From contig OX597839.1 of NCBI GenBank assembly GCA_951406725.2, forward strand, positions 34,596,001 to 34,660,000: 64,000 nt of DNA, read 5' to 3'. A program made the translations under genes and the position numbers. The stretch is from Octopus vulgaris. Its lineage: Eukaryota. Shown piece by piece: positions 53,774 to 64,000 of this stretch. Below the pieces are notes generated by a model. The model saw only the letters and a list, made by a program, of their open reading frames with translations, did not search any database and was not told the origin of the DNA. The first letter of the stretch is position 1. Every line of letters begins with the position of its first letter.

Positions 53774-53985
53774 GGCGGCGAACCGGCAGAATCGTTAGCA
53801 TGTCGGGCAAAATGCTTATCGGTATTTCGTCTGCCGCTACGTTCTCAGTTCAAATTCCGTCGAGGTCGACTTTGCCTTTCATCCTTTCGGGGTCGATTAA
53901 ATAAGTACCAGTTACGCACTGGGGTCGATATGTCTATCCATGTTTATCCCCTCTGTGTTTAGCCCCTTGTGGGTAGTAAAGAAAT
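53774..53985 (+). mobile_element. SINE family B monomer
   Basis: TSD aggtatgatag at 53763-53773 and 53986-53996. Confidence 0.9.
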
Positions 53986-55419
53986 AGGTATGATAGCAAG
54001 ATGTGAGGTACATCTAGGGCCCTCTCTTGAAGGAATACAGACTGAGGGCAAGTCCCATGATAGGAATTGGGAACCGCCCTTGCCATGTGCACAGTAAATT
54101 ATGGATCTTAACCCTTTCATTACTGTATTTCTGTTGAGATGTTCTGTGTTCCTTTCAATTAATTTTAACTATAACAAAGAATTTAGTAAAATAACTTGGT
54201 TATCATTAAGCTAGTGTTAGGAACATAAATCATGACTAAGGTTTGGTGGAAGATTTTAATTCAAAACTTATAAAAACAAGACATTTGTACCAGAAACGTT
54301 AGCATGCCGGGCAAAATGAATAGCCGTATTTCGTCTGCCGTTACGTTCTGAGTTCAAATTCCGCCGAGGTCGACTTTGCCTTTCATCTTTTCGAGGTCAA
54401 TAAATTAAGTACCAGTTACGCACTGGGGTCGATGTAATCGACTTAATCCTTTTGTCTGTCCTTGTTTGTCCCCCTCAATGTATAGCCCCTTGTGGGCAAT
54501 TAAGAAATAAGAATATTGAAACCAGCCAGCTCTGAGAAGAGCAGCTGTTATAGTAGAGGTAAAAAAATATGGAGAGAGGACACAGAACAGACGGGAGCCA
54601 AAGGTTGGCATGTGTCAGTTCTTTATTGATGATGGAATGTCCATCAGTTGAGTGGCCCTCAGTCTGGATAAAGCTCAATATAATGACAGGGTTGGGTGAA
54701 GTGGAAGCACCATATCTGATGTGTATTGGACATTTTTGGTCTTTTACTTGTTTCAAGACTGCGGCCATGCTGGGGCACCACATTGAAGAATGTTTAATCA
54801 AATGCATCAGCCCCAGGACTTACTTTTGCCAAACTGCTAAGGGGATGTAAATACACCAACACCAGTTATCAAGCAGTGGTGGAGGACAAACACTTATGTG
54901 TATGTGTGTGTGTGTCCAACCCATGCTAGCATGGAAAACAGACGTTAAACGATGATGATGATGATTATTGAAAGGGTGTTCAGAGCAGCAAGTTGGCTGA
55001 ATCATTAGCACAGCAGGCAAAATGCTTAGCAGTATTCCATACATCTCTACATTGAGATCAAATCCCACCAAGGTCAGCTTTGTCTTTCATCGATAACAAA
55101 TACCAGTCATGCACTGGAGTTGATGTAATTGAATTATCCTATCCCCTGTCCCGAAATTTCTGGCGTTGTGGCTGCAGGTGAATGGATTATCAGTCTGGGA
55201 TTTAAAAACTAAATTAACATGGCACACTTTGATGGGAAATTTTAATCTTAGACCGCTTAAAAATAAGAAAAACCAGGGGTGGTCTCAGACAGGTTGGTAT
55301 GGGACAGGTTAACAGTCAAAATTAAAATAGGAGTGTGAAGAAAATGAAACTGCAAAACAAAAATCCAAATAAAATCATTTTTTTCAAAAGCTTAATTAAA
55401 TGCAAAATAAACCCTTCTG

Positions 55420-56240
55420 GGATCTTTTCGGTTTGAACGGTAGTTTTTTCTAGCAGTGTCATATGAAATTGTCACCCATAATTATGACCCTAGTATCGAT
55501 CTATTGCATTTCAATCTATTTTAGGGTTAGGGGTGGGGGGAAGGGTATCTTTTTTTCTTCACAAATGTAAATAAACCCAATCTGTTTCTTAAACGAGGGA
55601 CATATTCATACGGCACAGAATGCTTTTTAACTCAACAGACGTCACTGATTGGTGGAAATTGCAGAAATTGAAGAAAAAAACACAACAAATACCTTACAAA
55701 CTATAGTTTTTTCTCAATAAAGCCAAGCGAAAAAGATGTTTTATAAACACATTCTACAAGTACACAAAGTTTAAAAGTGTTTAGTTACTCTCTTTACTCT
55801 TTTACTTGTTTCAGTCATTTGATTGCGGCCATGCTGGAGCACCGCCTTTAGTCGAGCAACTCAACCCCGGGACTTATTCTTTGTCAGCCCAGTACTTATT
55901 CTATCACTCTCTTTTGCCGAACCGCTAAGTGACGGGGATGTAAACACACCAGCATCGGTTGTCAAGCAATGCTAGGGGGACAAACACAGACACACAAACA
56001 CACACATACATATACATATATATATACATATATACGACAGGCTTCTTTCAGTTTCTGTCTACCAAATCCACTCACAAGGCATTGGTCGGCCCGGGGCTAT
56101 AGCAGAAGACACTTGCCCAAGGTGCCACGCAGTGGGACTGAACCCGGAACCATGTGGTTGGTTAGCAAGCTACTTACCACACAGCCACTCCTGCGCCTAG
56201 AAATTATTTTTAGAAAACTGCCGTTCAAACCGAAAAGATC
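55420..56240 (+). mobile_element. Non-autonomous TIR DNA element interrupted by a SINE A (55788-56198, minus)
   Basis: TIRs gatcttttcggtttgaacgg / ccgttcaaaccgaaaagatc. No TSD recognised, so the superfamily is unassigned. Confidence 0.78.
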
Positions 56241-57167
56241 TGTCGTATCTTTGGGGGTGAGGGTCATGGCACCAATAATAAACAGATGCACTGGTTTCTG
56301 TTTCACTTCTTTATTATTATTTATTAGTTGGTTGGTTGGTTGAATGGTAAACCAATTGACCAATCGATCGATTAATAACCGTTTTGATCGATCAAGCAAT
56401 CAGCCTGATTTGTCAAAGTCCCCTTTCATCGTCGTCGTTTGCCACTTCATCAATGGCAAGCTTCCCCTCTGCTCCGCATCTGCTTACCAAAACACCGAAC
56501 AACGGTAATAGCAGTAGTGGTGGTGGTGGTGGTGGATGCCGAGTGGTAACATCCACAGATGGGTAGTGACACGGAAGCGAAATAGTGAAATGCCATGTTG
56601 TAGTAGTAGTAGTAGTAGTAGTAGTAGCAGCAGCAGTAGTAGCAGCAGCAGTAGCAGCAGTAGTAGTAGTAGTAGTAGTATTAACAGTTGTTGTTGTTGA
56701 AACCACTCCCCCACCGAATTAGGATCGTACACATTATGGAAAAAGGGGTCCCCCACTTCCTTCCAACCGTGGCCACCGCAACACTTTGGAATAATTTGAG
56801 GGACTGAACTAGCTACAATTTCTCAATGAACATATATTCAGCAGTTCTTCCTTTTTATGTATGAGACAGAAAAAAAAGGTGAAAATTGAGGAAGATTTGA
56901 CTGCTAGTTTTAGCAATTTGCGTAACCGTGAAGAGTCATTGACTGGATTTCAAATGTTGTTGTTGTTGTTGTAGTAGTAGCAGCAGCAGTAGTAGTAGTA
57001 GTAGTAGTATTGAAAGAGCAAGTAGTAGTAGTAGTAGTATTGAAAGAGCATTTTGAGGAAGATTTGACTGCTAGCTTTAGCAATTTGTGTAACTGTGCAG
57101 AGTCATTGACTGGATTTCAAATGTTGTTGTTGTAGTAGTAGTAGTAGTATCGAAAGAGCATGTACTG

Positions 57168-57198
<31 letters not shown>

Positions 57199-57684
57199 CA
57201 GCATGAGTAGTGGAGAGAAAAATGTCGGCTGTTCTGTTCGTGGAAAATGAAATGAAATGACATTAAGTTGAAAGAATTGGGTCTGAGAGAATCTGTGAGA
57301 GAGAGAGAGAGAGAGAAGAGAATAGCAATGGTGAAGAGAGAATCGAAGGTAGTGCGAGTGCGGGGGGGGGGTAGAGAGAGAGAGAGAGAGAGAGTGAAAG
57401 AAGGGGGGGTGGGGTGAATGAGAGAAAGAGAACACGGCGAGGTGGGGGTTGGGGGTGGATGTGAATGAATGGGTGAAAGAAGTAGGGCAGCGAAAGCTTT
57501 GCCATCAATAAAAATGGAGTGGAATGGAAGCGAGAGTGGGAGGAGAGCGGCAGCGGAGATCCAGTTGTGAGAGCAACGATGTGAGGAAGGTGGGAGGGAG
57601 GAGGATGTAAAGGAGAGATAGAGAGAGAGGAGGGGGGGAGAAAGGAGCGAGTGAGGTTGGTGGATGCCGAGAAAGAGGGAAAGA

Positions 57685-57868
57685 TGAGAGGGGGTGGGAG
57701 AGCAAGGAGAAAGGTGAGAGAGGGGGTGGGAGAGCGAGAAGAAAGAGAGAAAGATGAGAGAGGGGTGGGAGAGCAAGAAGAAAGAGAGAAAGGTGAGAGA
57801 GGGGGTGGGAGAGCAAGAAGCAAGAGAGAAAGGTGAGAGGGGGTGGGAGAGCAAGAAGAAAGAGAGGG
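57685..57868. repeat. ~36-bp purine minisatellite (gagaggggtgggagagcaagaagaaagagagaaag)
   Basis: About five copies. Confidence 0.85.
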
Positions 57869-58560
57869 AGGAGTAGGGTTAATGAGTGAAAAAAGGTAGT
57901 GGAAGGCAGAGAGAGGAAAGATAGGAGTGAGTGAGGTCAGTTAAGTGAGAGGGGTGGGGAGAGGAGAAAGAAGGGACACGGAAGAAAGAGTGAGGTTACT
58001 GAGAGGGGCGTGGTGGGAGAACGAAAAAAAGGAAGAGGGGGAGACGGAAGAGAGAGAGAGTGATATTAGTAAGAGGGGGGTGGTAGGAGACTGGGAAAAA
58101 AAAGAGAAAGGGGCGAGAGCGAGGGGGAGAGAGGGATGAATGAAGATGCGGAGAATGTAAGAACGCAAAGAGAGAGAACGGGATTGTTGAGGTGTTGTTG
58201 ATGGAGATACCAGAGAGAAAGCAGTGTTTTCGATATTCTGGAAGTGTCTTCGTAATTTCTCCCACCCCACACAAGCTACATAAACACACACACCCCCACC
58301 GATCAGCATGGGGCCCCCGAGGTAGTGGTTTTGGGCTTTTAATTAAAAGCTAGCAAAATTGGGAAAGTCGTTATCTGAGAAGGAGAAAAAAACAAAATTG
58401 TGTCTGTCCCCCACCAAACCACAGCTTGACAACCCTTGCCTGGTTTTGTTTACATCCACGTGACTTAGCGATCCGACAAAACAGAAACGAGAAAGTACAA
58501 GGTTTGCAAAAAAAGGTAGAGGCATATGTCTCTCTCTCTCTTAAATTTTGTATATGTATA

Positions 58561-59102
58561 TGATTTTGATTTTGATTTTTCCAGTTTCAGCTAATGAGCT
58601 GTGGCCATGCTGGGGCACCGCCATTTGGTTTGCTACACGGGTTTACCTCACGGATGCTTTTTAGCAAACGCCATCTGATGCATGAGAGAGTTCGATGCAG
58701 CTGCCCTCATCTGCACCTCCTGCCGTGAAGTTGGTTCATCCGGGACACCTGACAGGAAGAGATCCAGTCCTACTTTAAAGACATCCGCATCTACACCATG
58801 CAGGTCCCTGAGGTTCTTCGGGAGGACATTGAAGAGCCGTGGGCCTCTGAAGCCCAGGCTATCACAATATCTTGTCCTACATCTTGATGGCAAATTTGGA
58901 GTCCTTGGTACTACGCAGTGGCGTCCGGTTCTGGCGTTTGTGTGACTCTCGATGCCAAAGTCTGGGACAAGACCTTCCAGGATCTTCCAGATATATATTA
59001 TGGCATATCTTTCTCACCTACGCTCCAGGGAATAGAGCTTTAATCTCTTGAGTCTCTCCCAGTAGCTCGTATGCTGCACAGAGGCTATCTTCTTCGTGTA
59101 GC
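58561..59102 (-). mobile_element. 5'-truncated CR1/L2-group LINE: ORF2 C-terminus, 3' stem-loop and (AAAATC)n tail
   Basis: Translates to SYWERLKRLKLYSLERR*ERYAIIYIWKILEG...RGPRLFNVLP...FKVGLDLFL, typical of the CR1-group post-RT region (Y-ERL--L-L-SLE-RR; N-LP; FK--LD). Confidence 0.85.
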
Positions 59103-59249
59103 TTATATATATATATGTATGTAAAAAGTAAAAAATATATACAAACTGGGACAAGAACGTGAAATACCTAGAAGACATCACAAGAACCACAGGACGGGAC
59201 ATTCGAAGCCCTCAGTCATCAGTCAAGAACCGGATCATCTTCGCATATA

Positions 59250-59281
<32 letters not shown>

Positions 59282-59536
59282 CATGTGATGCATATATATA
59301 TGTATATGTATGTATGTATATTCTTTTACTTGTTTCACCCATTTGACTGCGACCATGGTTTTTAGTCGAAGAAATCGACCCTGGGATTTATTCTTTGTGA
59401 GCCCAGTACGTATTCTATGGGACTCTTTTGTCGAACCGCTAAGTGACGGGGACATAAACACACCAGCATCGATTGTCAAGCAATGGCGATGCAGAGACAA
59501 ACAGACACACATGCAAATACACATATATATATATAT

Positions 59537-59915
59537 GAGTGGCTGTGTGGTAAGTAGCTTGCTAACCAACCACATGGTTCCGGGTTCAGTACCACTGCAT
59601 GGCATCTTGGGCAAGTGTCTTCTGCTATAGCCTCGGGCCGACCAAAGCCTTGTGAGTGGATTTGGTAGACGGAAACTGAAAGAAGCCTGTCATATATATG
59701 TATGTGTGTGTATATGTTTGTGTGTCTGTGTTTGTCCCCCCAACATCGGTTGACAACCGATGCTGGTGTGTTTACATCCCCGTCACTTAGCGGTTCAGCA
59801 AAGGAGACCAATAGAATAAGTACTGGGCTTACAAAGTCCCGGGGTCGATTTGCTCGACTAAAGGCAGTGCTCCAGCATCACCGCAGTCAAATGACTGAAA
59901 CAAGTAAAAGAGAAA
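59537..59915 (+). mobile_element. SINE family A flanked by (TA)n, next to an inverted partial copy at 59322-59515
   Basis: Family match. Confidence 0.85.
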
Positions 59916-59934
59916 GATATATATATATATATAT

Positions 59935-60008
<74 letters not shown>

Positions 60009-60293
60009 TACACATACACACATATAAGAGGGATGACCACTACATTGACATCCATTATGCTAGAAGTAGATCCGCTATGGTCTTAGCACTAAGAAAAGGA
60101 ATATTCTCAAGAAAATTTTATATATATATCTACGATGGGCTTCTTTCAGTTTCCATCTACCAAATCTACTCACAAGGCTTTGGTCAGCCCGAGGCTACAG
60201 TAAAAGACTTGCCCAAGGTGCCACACAGTGGGACTGAACCCAGAAACATGTGGCTTGTAAGCAAGCTACTTACCACACAGTCACACCTGCATC

Positions 60294-60335
<42 letters not shown>

Positions 60336-61528
60336 TACATATAGATAAATAGACACACACACACAGCTATGAGATTAAGTTCACAATCATGTGGTTTCAG
60401 GTTCAGTACCACTGCTTGGCACCTATTGATTTCTTTATTACCCATAAAGGGCCAACATAGAGGGGGGACAGTACAACATGATTGGGGTCATGTGAAAACT
60501 ATGGTATAAAACATTAAATGACGGTTAAAATTACAATAAAATCGGAAATCGAATGATACACATTGACAAAACAAAACACGAAAAGGACACATGAAGTAGA
60601 AAAAACAGGATTGCCGACCCCACAAGCCCTGTTTTTCCACTGAAACCTTGACTGCTTGGCACCTATTGTAGGTTGAACAATGCCTTGTGAATGAATTTAG
60701 CAGATGGAAACTGTATGGAAGCTTGTGAGTGTGATCATTGCTTGACAACCAGTGTTGGTATGTTCATATCCTCATAATTTAGCAGTTTGGCAAAAGACAC
60801 CAATAGAGGTCTTTTAGTAACCTTGGTAGGCGCGGGCATGGCTGTGTGGTTAGAGAGCTTGCTTCCTAGTTACATGGTTTCGGGTTCAGTCTCACTGCGT
60901 GGCACTTTGGGTAGGTGTCTTCCGCTATAGCCCCGAGCCGACCGGAGCTTTGTGATTGAATTCGGTAGGCGGGAGTTACTGCCGTGTGTGTATGTGTGCG
61001 TATAGCTGCTCAGTGCCTCTCCGAAAGAGAGAGAGAGGGTAGGAATTAGTAGCCAAACTCCCTTAGTTCTTTTGATACTAACCTGTCCAAGACCGTCACT
61101 GGATCAATGAGACAAACCTCCCGTTTCAAACTGATCTAATTTTAAATTCCCTTTAAAAAATTCATGTTGATTTATATCCCAAACACCAGCTTCAAAAACT
61201 TCAGGGTTAATTGGCTAGATTCTTCGTTATTTTCTAAAGTAATGAATTGAAACAAAGTCGATGTAGAACAATACAGCAACAGACACCCGAGTACCGAATG
61301 CCAGATTGAAAATTTATTAGACAGATCTTCACTGAACCCTGGTTTAGAGTCATGAGAAAAAAAAACCCAGTTAACATGTGTGGCCCACAAGGAGGCCAGG
61401 CATATAAACCCCCTGAGAAAGGGGTCATGCACTTGGTAGCAAAGACACATTTTAGCATCTGGTCCCTAGTTCACTAGTGCCAAAGAGCTGACCCCTCATC
61501 TAGAACAATATAAAACAGTACAGACACA

Positions 61529-62043
61529 GGTTGGTAATGAAAGGGTTAAGAATTTTTTCTCTATTATATATTTTAACTCATTTGCTACTCTATTTCTGTT
61601 GAGATGCTATGGGTTTCTTTCAATTACTTTAAATATAACAAACGATTTAGTAAAATAAACTTAATTATCATTAAGCAAGTGTTAAGAACATTATGACTAA
61701 GATTTGGTGGAAGATTTTAATTCAAAACTTATGAAAACAAGACATTTGTACTCAGAGCCAGAATTGGTTTCAGCTGGGTTGGTATCAAAAGGGTTAAGAA
61801 TTGTTTCTTTATTATATATTTAACCCTTTTTGTTACCCTATTTCTATTGAGATGCTCTGTGTTTCTTTCAATTACTTTACATATAACAAAGAATTTATTA
61901 AAATAACTTTGTTATCATTAAGCAAGTGTTAGGAACATAAATTGTGACTATGGTTTGGTGGAAGATTTTAATTCAAAACTTATGAAAACAAGACATTTAT
62001 ACTACAGAGCCAGGAAGTTTCAACTGGGTTGGTAACGAAAGGG
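61529..62043 (-). mobile_element. piggyBac-type MITE family 1, two units plus the end of a third
   Basis: The spacer occurs twice (~61550 and ~61798). Confidence 0.78.
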
Positions 62044-62172
62044 TTAAAGTTAATCAATTATAACATTTAATTATTTATCTCAATCTAACTATATCTCTCT
62101 CTCTCTTTTGAAGATATTATGTGGAGGAGTGCCAAAACCACAAATCAAATTGAAATTTTATATAACACACAC

Positions 62173-62375
62173 AAAGGCACGTGGCCTAGTGGTTAGGCTG
62201 TTGTACCGCTGATCGCGGGTTCACTTCCCAGACCGGGGAGCACATTGTGTTCCTGAGAAAAGCACTTCATTCTACGCTGCTCTGCAATCACTTCAACACC
62301 TGGCGTATGGCACACCTGTGCCATTTGTACAGGTAATGTTAATTTGATGGAGAGAATGAGGTAATGTACAACACA
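62173..62375 (+). mobile_element. Degenerate tRNA/CORE-type SINE related to family C
   Basis: tggcctagtggttagg..gggttcacttccc..ttgtgttcctgagaaaagcactt. Confidence 0.6.
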
Positions 62376-63025
62376 TTTTTTTTTTATTATTGTTTTACTT
62401 GTTTCAGTCATTTGACTGTGGCCATGCTGGAGCACCAACTTGAAGGGTTTTAGTTAAACAAATTGACCCCCCAAACTTATTTACTAAGCCACTATCGGTC
62501 TCTTTTGTCAAACTGCTAAGTTACAGAGACATAAACACATATACACACACATACACACACACATACACACACATATACACACACATACACATATACACAC
62601 ACATACACATATACACACACATACACTACACACACATATACATACATATACAGAATGAGCGTCTTCTAGTTCTCACCTACGAAATCCAGTCCAAAGGCTT
62701 TGGTCAGCCCAGGGCTATTAGTAGAATAAACTTTCCCGATATGCCAAACGATGGAACTGAACCCAAAACCACATGGTTTGAAAGCAGATTTCTTAAGCTC
62801 ATAATAACAAAACAATTATCGCATTTCTCATGTTGAAGAATGGTCAAGTAGATTAAATAAGCATTTTCAATGTCAATGGCCAAAGAAGAACGAATGAAAT
62901 TCTCCATGCTTCCTTCCGAAATCAGTTAAAATGTCAACATCTTTATTACCAAAGTCAAAACAATTGACTTTGAAGTAGAATATAAAACAGCTTCAAATCT
63001 TAAAATGCCACTTGATCACAATGAT

Positions 63026-63057
<32 letters not shown>

Positions 63058-63062
63058 CATCA

Positions 63063-63210
63063 TTATGTCCACCTTAGCAAAGGTGGAGGTATTGTTTTCC
63101 AGTCATATTTGTGTGTTTGTCCGTGGACAAGATATCTCGAGAACGGCTGGATGGATTCAGATGAAACTTTCAGGGATGTTTGGTCTCATGACAGGCATGA
63201 ATTGATTAGA
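63063..63210 (+). mobile_element. Helentron-associated (HINE/DINE-1-like) fragment
   Basis: tccacctt..aaggtgga short hairpin followed by gtttgtccgtggacaagatatctc..ggatggattcagatgaaacttt, a recalled pattern of this class. Confidence 0.5.
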
Positions 63211-64000
63211 GTATGAGTGATAGAGAACGAGGGTGTGAGAGAGGGAGAGAGAAAGAAAGAGTGTGCAAGTGAAAGAGAGTGTGAGTGAGTGTGAAAGAGA
63301 GTGAGTGAAAGAGTGTGAGAGACAGAGTGTGGGAGAGAAAAAGAGAGAGAGAAAGAGAGTGTGAGAGAAAGAGAGAGAGTGTGAGAGAAAGAGAGAGAGT
63401 GAGAGAAAGAGAGAGTGAGAGACAGAGAGCATGAGTGAGAGAAAGAGAGAGCGTATGTGAGAGAGGGCATGAGCAAGAGAGTGTGTGTTTGTGTTTACGC
63501 CTCCATAACTTAGTGGTTTGGCAAAAGATACTGATAGAATAGATACCAAGCTAAAAACAAAAGTCCTGGCATCAATTCATTCGACTAAGAATTCTTCAAA
63601 GCAGTGCTCCAGCATGGCCGCAGTCGAAAGACTAAACCAACTAAAAGAGAACCCACACACACACACACACACCTATAAGACAACACCGAGTTCTACAACC
63701 CAAACCCCTTTTAGTTCTTTAGCTTTCCAAGCAGCCATATCAGGCCCCAAATATTCCACCTGTCCAATTTTTAAACTGGCCAGATCAGGTCACTCACACC
63801 TACCCTGAAATGTCATTCTAAAAATAATCCGTCATGTCATGAAAATTTGGAAGCTGTGAGGTAAATGCATGATTGATTCAAAGTGGAACTTCAAGATGAC
63901 GAATGGAATGAATCTAACGACATTAACGAGATAATTAATTATCCAGCAGCTACACCATATAGAATATATTTCTTTATTGCCCACAATGAGCTAAACATAG

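Overview
This is repeat-dominated eukaryotic DNA, most likely a coleoid cephalopod (Octopus-like). That call rests on recalled SINE families and the extreme (TA)n/(CA)n/(GA)n density, not on a database search. Only one host coding exon is well supported: a 625-nt minus-strand exon (39126-39750) of an SH2B/Lnk-type adaptor, covering the N-terminal linker and the start of the PH domain. The rest looks intronic and is filled with: three tRNA-derived SINE families; decayed RTE and CR1/L2-type LINE pieces; TTAA-flanked piggyBac-type MITEs; a hAT/Charlie MITE; a Merlin-like foldback; a Helentron-like fragment; mini- and microsatellites; and a 28S rRNA fragment. Almost all ORFs in the supplied track are microsatellite or SINE artefacts. 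The most interesting signals concern transposon behaviour: (1) a LINE/SINE pair that shares a 3' tail and sits in (TA)n arrays; (2) a second SINE whose TSDs start with RRTAY and which appears to insert into its own copies; (3) MITE multimers joined by a fixed spacer; (4) a composite block of ~265-bp repeats, two tRNA-like units and a 28S piece; (5) a frame-preserving 60-bp repeat with a splice acceptor. Repeat boundaries were read by eye and are approximate unless TSDs are quoted.
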